Positions 14,101-29,100 of a stretch of DNA of 64,000 nt are shown piece by piece. Every line of letters starts with the position of its first letter. The stretch's first letter is position 1. The position numbers were made by a program, and so were the translations under genes. This DNA is from Haliotis cracherodii (Eukaryota): contig NW_027266275.1 in assembly GCF_022045235.1 (NCBI RefSeq), forward strand, positions 76,942,001 to 77,006,000, written 5' to 3'. The notes under the pieces are model-generated. The model was not told where the DNA came from, ran no database searches, and saw only the letters and a program-made list of their open reading frames with translations.

Positions 14101-17100
14101 ACCAGAATAGTCGTCTTTAGTCAAAGGTGTGGTCCTTAGCAAATGTTGAGTAGTATCAATGTGCTGACTATCCTGAGTGTGAGCCTTCACGTTTTGGGAA
14201 TCAGCAGACATTGATGTGGGTCACACAAATTTCTATTTGACTTACTATGACCTTTGACCACTAATTTCTACCCGACTTGCTTAAAAGCCGCATTGAATTT
14301 GCGCATAGAATTCTAAAAGCGTAAGAGATTTTAGACTCAGTGGAAAATAGTATGGATCTTGATGGCATGTTATATCTGGAGCACTGAGAAGAATAATGTC
14401 AGGTGATACCAAATTTAACACACAAATTAGCAGGATTCTACAGACCAACATCACCAATTCACTTAATGACACCGACAAAAATTATAACAGTTACCAAATA
14501 CTTCTGAAAGTGCATCTTAATAAGAACACAATTTTCATATTATTCAATTCAGATTGGATCACTTAAAACCTTTTCGACAGGACGATCTGTCAAATTGACT
14601 ATTTTCTCAAGTGTCCTTCAAATCGAGTCCTTCATTCCTTACAACCACTCACAGCTACTCTCCTCATCTGCTTTTTCTAAAGTGGTCTTCAACAGGTGTG
14701 TACACGTTCTGATTACAATCCACACAATGGCACCCTGCAACAACAGCTTCCATCAAGCTGCATGGACTTCTTCCAGTCTGTTACAGCCAATCTGCCAGGC
14801 AGCTCACTGACAGAAACAGCCAACCTCAACATCGTGTTTCCCTAACTCAAGCCTCTGCAGATTTGACAGCATCTCAGATGTAGCCTTCTGAAAGGAGGCT
14901 AATTCAAGTTTTCAGTGTCACCCTCTTACATCCGCTCCGAAGGAAGGACATCCAAGGAAAGAATCATTAATGGTTTCTGGAAGAACCTCCATACCTTGAG
15001 GAAGTGCAATCATCTCAATAGTGTGTCCGCCATGAAATGTGAAGCCATGACTAGCTGTCAGTGGTACTTACCAACAAATGGCATGGCATAATGAAATGTG
15101 CAAAGTGGACTCAAGATGGAGGATTCAACTCTTCATGTCCTTTGAAAAAAAATAATTTTGGAGTCGATACATGTTACATTCACGTGTCTATTGTCAGGTT
15201 AGAATAAATATAAATGTCAAAAGAAATGTAGTCAGTCTTGAAATGAACTAGTTATTTATCACCATGCTGAAGAGGTGTAAAAAGTTTCAGAAAAGTTTGG
15301 AGCAGAGTGACCCCTGGAGGAGTGAGTGAGTGAGTGAGTGAGTGAGTATGGTTTTACGCCACTTTTAGCAATATTCCAGCAATATCACGGCAGGGGACAC
15401 CAGAAATGGGCTTCACACATTGTACCCTTTAACCACGAGGGTACCCGACCGCCCCCGACCCCTGGAGGAAGCTAGCAGCATTTCAAATGCTGGTGAGTGT
15501 ACACAGTCGATAACTGCACACGTTGTGTGTCATACGCTGGTGGGTTTCATGCAGAGACTGTACTCGCCAGTAGTCCCTGATCTCATAACAGTTCCATGTG
15601 GCATGACAGATTAACTACGCTATATTCTTCCTACCATGTAATGCAATAACAAAACTGTAAAGGAATCAGTCCATATACCGAAAAGTCACCTTGTTCACTA
15701 GACCTCATCAATATATAGTCATATTCAAAAAGTGGATATGAAAATTTACATCAACACTGACAAAGCTCATAAATGAAAAATCATAAATCAATCAGTTTTA
15801 CTTTTTGGAATTAAAACAAAATTCAACCAATGAGATGACCTCATGAGTATCTATGTACAACCACTGGCAGCCCTATCTGTTACCCAATTTGGCATACTTT
15901 TTTAACCATCTCTACAATAATCTAATATTTTTAAAAATCAAGAACTATCAAGTGGTTCTGTGACATATTTGAAATGTGAAAAACTGGTTAGTGCTGGAAA
16001 TCTTCGAAATCCTATGCGGGCCAGCTATTTCTTAAAAATTCTGTGATCAAAGATTAACTGCATGTTCCACACTTTTCTTATTCACCTTTAGTTCTTAAAT
16101 CAAATGGATTGACACTATGTCCATTTTCTCCTATTACAAGGGACTACCAAAGTGTCAATCACCTGCTGGCATTGAAATCAACAGCAACAGTCAACTCAGC
16201 ATCTCTTAAAGTCACGGCTTAATGTGGGATGAAAATACCACATGACTGAAGAGAGAGAAAAAATTTCCCACAGAAATAAAACTTTCTGCGATCTGTTACA
16301 AAATTCACCAGTTTATTCTGGCCTAAAACAGCCAGGAAGAGGGAACTAACTGAGTCCGATGCAATGATAAGCTCCTCAAATGTTTTTTCCTCAACCAAAA
16401 TATTACAGATAAAGCCCCTGAAGAAGTGAAGCGCTAAGCTTCCATTTGAAGCATTTGCTGGGAAAAACGGCTGTAAACATCCCTGGAAATTACCCCTTCA
16501 AAGTTATCACTATTTCATTACTGTAATCTTCCCTGAAGGCAGTTAAATAAAGCGGCCATGAATTCATTGCCATGATTTCTATCACTGTTCAGCTGCAGCA
16601 AATTAGTAATCACATTTAAGAGCCAATCACACGTTTTGTTTCCCTTGCACAGAGGCTTGTTGCAGCAAAGTCTCAGAAGGGTATGACTTGTGGCAGCCCG
16701 CGCCACCACGCAGTGTACGAAGACTTCCACGCCTTTGATGGGCATAGACCATTATGTGAAAGATGTCACAATCTTACATCTACTGACACTTCTGGGACTT
16801 TATAGCCATGTCAATAATAGGGAAGGCTTTGCCAGCTCCATCATTTCATCAGCCAATTAGCAGGAACCAGCTGAAAGGTTCCACAGCATGACAGATGGTG
16901 AAGTGTCCTTTAATCAGAAATTCTACCGAAGAAAATAATGAAAATTGTTCATTTATTTAGTCATATTTCATATAAAACATAAACTGTACAGTCCATGGTC
17001 AAGCTCTTCTTATGCCTTTATGGAAGTAGTCGCTGTTATGAATACAGAGATGAGAATGGCACCACCATAAACACACGCACAGGCATGTCAATTTGACGGA

Positions 17101-20100
17101 CATATAAAAATGAGAGAGAGAGAGAAATGTTTTAAAAGATCATTGCATGTCTTTGATAGGCATTTGGGTGTCATGTCATTATATATTCACATATTTCCCT
17201 GCAGCCACAAACAATTTCCTAGTAGCAACATACAGTAAGCCATGTGGACTTCATAAAGTCCATCCTTCAACATTTATTCCACAGGGTGATGGATGGCTGC
17301 ATGTGTCCTATAACTCTGTCAGTAATATCCTGTGGCTGGAAGGAAATAACAGCTTTCCTTTGGATAACTTGCAATGAGTAATACAATCAGCATATATTAC
17401 ATGGCTTGGCAAGCTGTGACTTATGGATATTAATAATACAAAAGTATAATCACTTGTATTCCATCTTTCTCTCAGTCAATACTTCCCACCTCCCCATGGG
17501 TTTCTCTTGGTCAAGGATCCATCAGAGCATGGTCAACAGTTTCATATAATTTTCACTGCTATTTTGCCCCTTGCACCAAATGGATTCTGTTTTGGTGGAT
17601 AATCTAGACTGGTTCTTCTCCTGCACAGACAAGCTATATTTACACTACCACCAGCACACAGCAGGAAGTGAGCTAGGCCAGCCAGCATTGTCTAAACCAT
17701 CAGTGCCGGTCATTAGTTAACCTTTGGTATAGTTTCATCAAAAAAAAATTCTTTTGGGAAGTCCAAAATTAAGCAAAGTTTTGAAGACATTCATGTTATT
17801 CTTCTTTTGTTGCAATATTAACCATGACATCACTCGCATATTACTTCTTTGTTAAATTTGATTAACAATTTATGCAGAGTTAATTTAGATTTGCACTTCA
17901 CAAGAAGAAGAATACTAACTCACACTTTGGTCAGAATTCAAGCAGGATTCTTCCGTGATATATCTGCCTATTTTCTAAACTTCTCTGATTTATCCTGACC
18001 TGACAAATATGCACTTCCCGATTGGAAGGAAGCCATGACTGAACCTCAAACATAGCCCTACTAAAATCTTTCGTTTAAATCAATCTTCTGCAATTTCCTC
18101 TTATTCTCAGTTGTCAAACAATGAACACTTCAGATTCAAAACTCATTACAAAGTTAGTTTTAACATAAACAAACAAATTTTTTAAGGGTAAAAAATCCTA
18201 ACAAACTTTCAGAGATTCTTGTTTTCAATTACAAATTTTGAACTTCACCATCTTAGAAGCAAATGGTATGAAAAGGTCCAAGTAAACAGGTGATTGTTTG
18301 AAGGGGAGTCAGGGCCATAACTCACTTACCTCCTGACAAACACATTTACGACTTCATTTTGCAAAGCTCTTGCAGAACAAATTGATGAAACTGATGGTTG
18401 CAAAAAAGGTAGGTAATTACAGAGGATGCTATTTGTGCAGCAATCACCTTGACAAGATGGGCTAGTGAAGCGGTAATGGTGTCTTGCATCGCTCTCAGTC
18501 CATTTCAGGAGAGAGCGAGAGCAAGAGAGAATCTAATTTATATGAACTGTAATCATACAGTAAGATAACAATTTTTTTTCAATCCATTTCGTGAATGAAT
18601 AGGAACCTTCCAGGAATGTATTCATCCAGGAGACTCACTCTGGGCAGGGAGACATAATCTTTACTCTGACGTTTTCATGTCTCCAAGTCACCATGTCCTC
18701 TGAGAGCAAGTCAAGGGGGCCTTACAAGGAGAGTGTTAGTGTAGAGCTCTTAACCAATAGTGTTGATCGAGTCTCCTTCTAATGCAGTGATGGAAAATTA
18801 GGTCAGTTCTGTTCAAGAGGACCTCTCCACAAACTGATCCCAGCGCTGACTGCCCGAGCAAACTGATGCCCACAAGTTGATTACCTTTAAAATTACCCGG
18901 TAGGTGGTAAAACTGTTTTGGTAATATCCATATATCCATATGGGCCTGCAAGTGACCCAAACTAACACATGGGTGCCTATAAATATTGGCGGGATACAGT
19001 CTGATGTGCACACTCTGCAGCAACTTGTTCGATATTCTTTATTTGAAACACATAATGCTAATAACGGCATGGATTCTTAAAGAACTCCAGCTACATCATT
19101 TCCACACAGCCAGATTGGAGACAACCCTCCCCTCCCCCCGAGATGTTTAATCCTACCAGTTTATCAGCCCAGACTCAGGTCTTTGTATGTCAATGTGGAT
19201 AATCCTATTTCAGTCAGCTTGCCAGCTCACTGCTACATCTTACAATTGTCCTAAGCTCATGGTAAAGTAACTTAAAGGGGCACTGATCTAACGCAATTCC
19301 CTGGACTGGTTGTTGCCTTGGTTATGTTTTTTCCCCCCGTGAGTACCCGGATGATACGCAACGCGACTGAGCGTGACCAGAGACTGGGCTACCATCTGCA
19401 AGGACAGCTAAATAACTTGGAGGCTGGAGGCAATATTTGTTTTACACATTTTTGCATAAATACTGATTGGTTAACTGTGATCTATAAAGATTTCGACAAA
19501 GGGCTCATGTTAATTGATGTCTTCAGCCTAAACAAACAGACAAAAAGAACAGCGGAGCTCATCAGATGTCGTCATTTGGAAATACCCCAGATGGTTTTAG
19601 TTTAATACTAAAAAAAAGTATCTATGCAGTGAAAGCATTTTCGGATTTCGGATTTCGGATTGCGTCGATAATACGATTACTACTCCCTTTTTGTCATCCA
19701 CGTTTTCTCGTATAACCCTACACCTGTGTATTTGTCGTCATTCACTTGATGCTCAGTTAATGAATTTATTACAGGTACAATTAGTGGTAGCACCACTTAG
19801 AGTACCTGACAAAGGTTCCCATTTGGCATTTATTGTGTCTGGGGTAATTATTCAATCTAAATCCAGGTTTGAAGTGAGGTGAAATGTGTGTTATGTAATA
19901 TGCAAGTGGCAGACCAGCAAGAGGGTAATCATCAGTTGATTTACTTTTTTTGGTAAATCAACGGATCGTTCCTAGTCATCAAAGGATTAACAGAAAATAT
20001 GTTGATTGATTAATCACTGTTATCTTGCACAGTGGAAATGTCAAAAGTGAGTGTTTACTAAAACAAAGGGAATACACTCATATCATGGTGTGAAGTGCCG

Positions 20101-23100
20101 ATGTAAAAACAACATACTTTGTTCAAAGGGTTAACTGATAATACGTTGATTGATTGATCATTGTTATCTATCACTCAATGGATTTTTTAGGAACCGTGAA
20201 CGTTATGAAAATAGTTGTCACGTGGGCTTTCTCAGCCGACCCTTGAGACTTGACACCTATGTGAAACACCTGAAACAATCCAAGTGATCAGTTGAGAAAC
20301 GAACCCGGGTTATGATATCCCGAAACGATATAAATCTTTCAAAATATTTGATTGTTACAGAGACACGTGACATCGAATAAGTTTCTTTGTACAGCTGCAG
20401 ACGAGTGGGATATTGTTCCTTTGTGTGGATATTCACGGATACATTCCTCGAACAAGGAAGCTGCCTAAAATTTATACACATAAATGTGGTAGGTTGCAAT
20501 TATGGTTTTGCATTTTGTTTTCCTTCATTTGAACCGATTCGTTCTTGTTTCTCTACGTCTTGGTTGGGAAATTCTTCAATTCGCGATAGACGTTGTTTTC
20601 ACAGGTCTTTTCCTTTGTAAGTGTGTATATATTACCGTCAATTTGTAAAATGTGATTCTCTCAGGCAATTTATATAATGTGTAAATATTTCAGTCATTTT
20701 GACTAAAAAATCTGTCCAGATTGATAAAGATGATCAAAAGGGCCTACAAACATCACAACAGATTATTATGTAGGATTAGAAGCCAAACAACATAGAAATG
20801 TACTTTTCAACGTAACATGGTGATGACATTTAACATCAAAATGTTTGGAATTTGTTATCATAATAATACAGATGGAAATGTTTTTCAGTCACTTTGTAAA
20901 ATAACTGAATATTTAGACGTTTAATAAATTTGAAAATGTTACACATTTTGACAGTAAAAAATATACATACTATAAAAAAAGCAATGCCCAGGTGAAATAT
21001 TTACTTTGTGTTGCAAGTCAAAATAGTGTAAACGAAAATCGCAAAATTACAAAGCAAGTGACTTGCTATCAAAACTTCGTCACCATTACCGATGCTACCC
21101 ACAAAGATACCTACATTACCTTATTATCTAGAAAACAGTATTTCATTTTGTTGATCAATGTGACCATACGCCCTTCTTACTACCAGTAAAATTGACTGAT
21201 GCGCTTACGAATTGCGCAGCAGAGGTCGCGAACTAGTCTAGATTTCTGCTATACATCCGGGTACTCACTGGGGAAAAGTACTGGTCATGATCAGAATTGA
21301 TGAGTACCAGACATAGTTTTTGCCAAACTAATGTAAACATAACTCTGACAAAAGATTTTGAGTGGGTATTATTAGCCAATGACAACGCAGGATTGGAAGG
21401 AAATCCATTTGCTGCTGACACAAAATTACCTGTTCCTGTATAAGTGGAAGGTAATGTCCAATACAGTAAACAAAAGTTTCATGATGTTTTGAAGAACACT
21501 TTTGAGAAAAAAATAGACAAGATATGGTAACAATTAATCATGAGAGCTTTAACTATTGTTTGCCCACATATTTGATATGGTTGTAATTTTCAATCCGTCT
21601 GTATTTGACTAGTTATCATCATGGCATCTATCTGGATCACTGAGCAACTGTGGATAGTGGGGGAAATTATTACTCAATCTTCCTTCTTCCCCCATGAAGC
21701 TTTTCCTTCATCTCACAAATCACTGAACAAAAGTTCAAAATTGATTTCAAAATTTCAACCACACACCATTTTATCATACTCTTAGATCTTTTGGCATTTG
21801 AAAACTTTTGTGCATTAAGTGACAATCCTTGAGCCAACATTAACACACATCCCTGTAGATCCCTATACTTGGGGATTAACTGTACCACAGACAGACATAC
21901 TTACATCCACCTCCCCTTGATCAAGCACATAGAAGTTGTCGCCTTCGTCACCTGGTGAGAGAGCAGACACATATGTCATACACTTGGAAAAAGCTCAGTG
22001 GGATTATTTAAAGTAGTGTACAGCCCTGAGGATCACAAGAAATCTTGAAAGACAATTGTAAGACAAGTAAAGCTCCTCCCTCATGGAGAGATTATACATC
22101 AGATTGTTTCTTCACATTACTCTTGAGATTCAGTACTCTAGCTTAGTTTCCTTTGGCAAAACAAGGCAAAGACTTTTCTCAAATTGTAGAGGATAGGCCT
22201 TTTCTTTAATGTTCAAAAGCGTGGTTTTCAATTTGCAACTTTTTTAAAAATAGGATTAGCCTACACTACTTTTCTAGACGTCAAACTATAGGAGTACACA
22301 TTTTTTTATAAAAGTATGCATATTTCAAACATACGTACATATGTGTTAATCTACAGGCATCTTAAAAACGGTATCATGAATTTCCTTCCTATCAATGAAA
22401 GTATTGCACATATTCTTTGTACATGTCCATTAGTCAAGCATGGCCAACAGTTTCTGGGATTCTTCCTGGCTCATACATTATTCTCCTAGTTTCAGCAAAT
22501 TAGAACGAGTGAGTGAGTGAGTGGGTGATTCGAGTGAGTGAGTGAGTCGAGTGAGTGAGTGAGTCAAGTGAGAGTGAGTGAGCGAGTGAGTCGAGTGAGT
22601 GAGTCGAGTGAGTGAGTGAGTGAGTGAGTGAGTCGAGTGAGAGTGAGTGAGTCAAGTGAGTGAGTGAGTCGAGTGAGTGAGTCAAGTGAGAGTGAGTGAG
22701 TCGAGTGAGTAAGTCGAGTTCGAGTGAGTGAGTGAGTGAGTGAGTGAGTGGAGTGTGTGAGTGAGTAAGTGGGTGAGTTTGGTTTAATGCTGCTTTAAAC
22801 AGTTACATCCTGGTGTTATGATGTGGGAGATGAAGTGATGCAGACTGTAGGGATTCCTCACTTAGAGGATATCAGGAGCATGCATGGGTATGGTGCTGAC
22901 AAACCAAGAAAAACATTCAGACAATTTCCCCTTGATTTGTCATACCAGTAGTTCACTAAAAATCTGTCCATAGTTTCAGCTATTTGTCAGTAGTCTTTTT
23001 TACCATCATGTGGGCAGGTCTACCTGACACATTGCAGTGAACCAATGACTGACCCCTCTCTGAGGGAGTACCACACGGCCAGAACTCATGTATCCAGAAC

Positions 23101-26100
23101 TCATGTATCGCTGTGTAGACTTTCAACATGCAGTTTAGCAGCTTAGCCTTAGCTGACAACAACTGACCTAGGTCATAAGCATTTCATTTGTCCATTCCAA
23201 GCATCTGCTCGATATTACAACCCCTAATACAACAGGTTAACTACCGTCATGCACACCTGGTTCAAAGAGGACGGTGCCCATGGTAAAACAACCAAATGAA
23301 TTATCTATACCAATTACATTTTTTATTTAGATAAAAGTTTCGTTTTTATTGGTGCATAGATAGGTATCTACTGTATTTCGTTCCAAATTAGAAGTAATAT
23401 TCCTTCATCAGCTAAGAACTTGATATGGTATTCTCAAATTCCATAATTTCTTTACTTGGTTTCCTGGTCTGTTATTATTATTTTTTAAATCTGTAGGAAC
23501 TACGGAGTAATCGTAGGAGTAACAGGTCTGCATAATCAGACCGTGACCAATGACCACAGGTTTCTACAATACCAAAAGGACACACCTCTGCACACATCTC
23601 CCAGCTACTAAGACAGTGCCAGTCCTGGTAATGAGAGGACGGTACTCACCTTGCTGGATAATCACCTCTCCTGCATGCCGATGGACTGGAAACATGGCGT
23701 CAAAAATATCACTGAAAAGAAAAACATGATTGCTTTTGAATATTATCAACTTGACTGGATAACATCAGACATCATATTGTCAATGACACCTCCAATTCTG
23801 ATTGCTGTTCCTTCTTTCTTGTCAACATGGCTCTTCCTTGACCGAACATTGTCCTATAGAACTAGTTGTTGATAACACTCACATAGCACATGTTTTAACT
23901 TAAACACTTTAATGAATTTATAATATATATAACAAATTTGAGAAAGTATTTTCATTATATATAAATATATTTATGTTTTAAGTTAAATTAAATATACTAC
24001 TCAAAACAAGTGAAAGAACACCCAATTCTTTCACCCTATAGCTAATATGCCATGGCATGATAGATTGCTCGTAGTAATATGAAAGATCCCTGTTCGTTAA
24101 CTTCTTTTGAGTAGTATATAAGGCCTGTTAGGCGTGACAGGACATGAGTGAGTGTTGAGTGAGTGAGTGAGTTTGGTTTTATGCCACTTTTAGCAATATT
24201 CCAGCAATATCATGGCGGGGGACACATTGAACCCATGTTGGGATTCGAACCCAGGTCTTCGGCCCGACGAGCGAATGCTTTAACCACTAGACTACCCGAC
24301 CGCCCCGGTTCTGTTAAGCAAATGTAGGGATTGTGTATGCACTGGCGACGTGCTTCATTCCGATTTGCTTTATAGATGGGGTAAATAAATTAGCATTGAT
24401 TTTGAAGGCTTGTACAGGAGTGTTGCCTTATATGTGGGGTCACAAAATAGAGGGTGGTATACAGTATTTATTTCTATTTTGAGGGCAGTGCCAAACCTAC
24501 AATGTCTGACCAAGACATCACACTACTGACTTAATGGACACTCACAGTCGAGCTCTTCTTGACCACCATATAAGGACTGAATCTTACTTTCAGTCTTCAC
24601 AAAAACTATCTTGTAATTCTTGTAAAGTCCTTAGTTGAAAAGGTGAGGTTTAACGTTGCGTTCCATATTATTGCACTTACACAGCGACTTGGTTAACTGT
24701 AGTGAAGTTCTAGTTCAAATCAAAAGGTAAAATTTGTGTTTAGCAAAAACTGGATATAAATGTTAACATTGGTTACCATTGCATTATATTTATTTATGTA
24801 GAGTTTCTATAAATCTCAAAACTAGTACAAAACAGTATTTGTCATATAAAATGTCCGGAATGCTCTGACATTTTGTGTGTGAAACATGGCTGGTGCCCCA
24901 AATGTGCTTCCGATGAACTACCGGGCTAGATGGACAGTGGACGTAATTACATCAGACATGCAGGAAAGCCTGCTATTTTCCCCTGGCCAACAACATGGGC
25001 GGTCTAGTGTGCTGGTCAGTGTGCCAGGGAAATCCAGATATAGGACAGACAGTAATAGCTGCCTTCAGACTGTTCCGGTATTAATAAGGATAATTGTAAC
25101 ACAATTTGGGAAAAGAAACATTAATCTTTATAAAAATATAGTTGTTGCTGTGAGTACACATATTTTTTCGAGTCAAGCTTGAAGCTCGGTCAAAAAGAAC
25201 ACTGTGACATCCATAAACCTCTGAGCTGAGATAACAGTTTTAAGGAAACCAAAATTATAAGCCCTTGGTTATCTTCAATGTTAAAAACAGTATTTAGTTT
25301 GGATGGTATATGATACTGTCTCTGCATCAGGGCAAAATATAATTAGTCTCTCTCTCCTATGATCTTAACTCAAACATAGCCTGGAGACAAACATCATAGA
25401 TAAAAGTTCGCCAAAGTTTACGATGACTGCTGAAAAAATTGGGTATCTCTCATGGATTATCTATCCTAACAACCCTGTCTCCAAAATAACCAGCCAAGAT
25501 TTCATGCAGTTCTCAAACTGGAGCGGCAAACCAATAGAACAAAATAACTGCTATTTTGGTGAGTGTTAATGCAGACCATCTGGATCTAATGATTTCAAAG
25601 AGCACATGTTATGAAGATCACCATGCATAGAAAAGACCCATTTGCTGTACAAATCCTGCCATGGCAAATTCTACACCAATAATTGACAAGGAAACACCCA
25701 GGGCGGCATTCCATAGTCTGAAAGAATGTTTCGTATAGGTCTCAGATGAATAAAGACAACCATTTTGAGGATGTGTGGTAATGACACTACTCAGGCTGGG
25801 TTAGGAGCAAAAAGGTTCCGGATGCCCCTGGCATGAGCAGAATAGAGAACTTTCCAGTCATTATAACTATGGCCTTCATTATTGGGGTCACTTGAGGCTT
25901 CACAGCAGCCAGATCCTGCACCATGATCAAGACTAACATCATAAAGGGCAACATGGAGGACATCACAGGGACATCCTGGAGGACAACCATACAGAACATG
26001 CATGGAGGACGACGATATAGAACAAGCATGGAGGACAACCATATAGAACAAGCATGGAGGACAACTATATAGAACAAGCATGGAGGACAACCATATAAAA

Positions 26101-29100
26101 CAAGCATGGAGGACGACATATAGCACAAGCATGGAGGACAACCATATAGAACAAGCATGGAGGACAACCATATAAAACAAGCATGGAAGACAACCATATA
26201 GAACAAGCATGGAGGACAGCCATATAGAACAAGCATGTAGGACCATATAGAACAAGCATGGAGGACAACCATATAGAACAAGCATGGAGGACAACCATAT
26301 AGAACAAGCATGGAAGACAACCATATAGAACAAGCATGGAGGACAGCCATTTAGAACAAGCATGTAGGACCACATAGAACAAGCATGGAGGACAACCATA
26401 TAGGACAAGCATGGAGGACAACCATATAGAACAAGCATGTAGGACCATATAGAACAAGCATGGAGGACAACCATATAGAACAAGCATGGAGGACAACCAT
26501 ATAGAACAAGCATGGAAGACAACCATATAGAACAAGCATGGTGGACAGCCATATAGAACAAGCATGTAGGACCATATAGAACAAGCATGGAGGCGACCAT
26601 ATAGAACAAGCATGGAGGCGACCATATAGAACAAGCATGGAGGCGACCATATAGAACAAGCATGGAGGCGACCATATAGAACAAAGTGGGGGAAAACCAT
26701 ATAGAACAACCATGGAGGACGACTATATAGAACAAGCTTGGAGGACAACCATATAGAACAGGCACGTAGGACCATATAGAACAATCATGGAGGACGACAT
26801 ATAGAACAAGCATGGAGGACAACCATATAGAACAAGCATGGAGGACAACCATATAGAACAAGCATGGAGGACAACCATATAGAACAAGCATGGAGGACGA
26901 CATATAGAACAAGCATGGAGGACAACCATATAGAACAAGCATGGAAGACAACCATATAGAACAAGCATGGAGGACAACTATATAGAACAAGCATGGAGGA
27001 CAACCATATAAAACAAGCATGGAGGACGACATATAGAACAAGCATGGAGGACAACCATATAGAACAAGCATGGAAGACAACCATATAGAACAAGCATGGA
27101 GGACAGCCATATAGAACAAGCATGTAGGACCATATAGAACAAGCATGGAGGACAACCATATAGAACAAGCATGTAGGACCATATAGAACAAGCATGGAGG
27201 CGACCATATAGAACAAGCATGGAGGAAAACCATATAGAACAACCATGGAGGACAACTATATAGAACAAGCATGGAGGACAACCATATAAAACAAGCATGG
27301 AGGACGACATATAGAACAAGCATGGAGGACAACCATATAGAACAAGCATGGAGGACAACCATGTAGAACAAGCATGGAAGACAACCATATAGAACAAGCA
27401 TGGAGGACAGCCATATAGAACAAGCATGTAGGACCATATAGAACAAGCATGGAGGACAACCATGTAGAACAAGCATGGAGGACAGCCATATAGAACAAGC
27501 ATGGAGGACAGCCATATAAAACAAGCATGGAGGACAACCATATAGAACAAGCATGTAGGACCATATAGAACCAGCATAGAGGCGACCATATAGAACAAGC
27601 ATGGAGGACGACATATAGAACAAGCATGGAGGCGACCATATAGAACAAGCATGGAGGACAACCATATAGAACAAGCATGGAGGACAGCCATATAGAACAA
27701 GCATTGGAGGACAACCTTATAGAACAAGCATTGGAGGACGACATATAGAACAAGCATGGAGGCGACCATATAGAACAAGCATGGAGGACAACCATATAGA
27801 ACAAGCATGGAGGACAACCATATAGAACAAGCATGGTTGACAACCTTATAGAACAAGCATTGAGGACGACATATAGAACACTATAGAATCATGGAGCACA
27901 ATCATGACAGACAAACAGTGGAGATTTAAAGAGTTAATGAAGGACATCTCGAAGACAACCAGTGAAGGTAAAGAAACATGAGGACAACAAAGTTACAGAG
28001 GAGAAACTTAAAGGACAGCATTTATGACAACCTTGATGAACCTCCTAAGAGATCAACCACTGAAGGGTCAATAATTGCATGATGTGACGAGAAACCATAC
28101 AGCAAGCAGTTACACAAATCGATGGACCGTTATACAGTAGCTTACTTCTCTTGCATCATTTTCAATGACACAAAGTAACCATGATCGCTAAACGCAGTTT
28201 TAAGTATCTGGATACAACCATTATATCCCATTTATGTGTCTGGGGGACAGAAACGTGGTTGTTAGAAAGAAATTAAACTAAACTAAGATTACAAAAATGT
28301 TCCTTGTATGTGTCTCCATGTCTGATAGTTCCACATATTAAAGGTCCCTATTTGTCTGAGAAAGAATACATTATGGATAAAAGGTATTGGATAATACAGT
28401 ATAACAGCCAACAATACACATAGGCATGTAATCAGACTGTATGCTATAATCACATTATACTCCATCTTTGTGTCACAGTGTTGCATCAATGAGAACACTT
28501 GCAAACACTGCAGAACCAGAATACAGAGCATGGAACAAAGAAAACCATTCAGAGCTTTGATCACCAATACATCAGATGCTTGCATGCAATCAGTTTGACT
28601 TTAACAATCCCCAGAAGTAAACAGTCACTGCTGTGCTGTGTGTAGGAATCGTTTTTGACTAAACTGTTCCTTTGTCACACACATAAACAGGGCCCCATCC
28701 CTACAATGTCCCATCACATATTCACAAAAGATTGTTTGATGTAAATGTTTAACTAAATGCTATCACATTTCAAAATACATTTTGTGATTTTATTACATTT
28801 TTCTAACAACTTCATATCAGAAGACAAAATCATAAAACCTCCATCAAACTAGCATGGTTCCTTATTGGCTTGTCAGTCTTGTACAGGAGTGGCCTTGTGG
28901 CCTCAGATTAATCTCTGGGCTGCACACAAGGTAAAAAAGGGGTCTAGACAATGTCATGTCAACTAAAGGCTCTCATGTGTTACACACTAAAACAAAATTA
29001 CTTCAGGATTGGCCATGATATTAAAAATTTGCCCGTAGGATGACAAGAAGCAGACTGGAATGTGTAGTCATCATCAAAACCATTATTCAAGCCATCATCA

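Noticed and set aside
18325-18420. Opposed splice-like sites (minus-strand GAG|GTAAGT; plus-strand 33-nt mini-exon)
   Set aside because: No phase-compatible open frame into PKA-RI and no partner exons; such motifs occur by chance at this scale.
19272-21240. Kolobok-like transposon starting ttaaagggg
   Set aside because: Matching terminal repeat and coding remnants could not be identified, although the region looks transposon-derived.
25787-27856. Cys-rich ORFs up to 637 aa
   Set aside because: Translations of the 26-bp minisatellite in all three frames, with no unique coding flanks.
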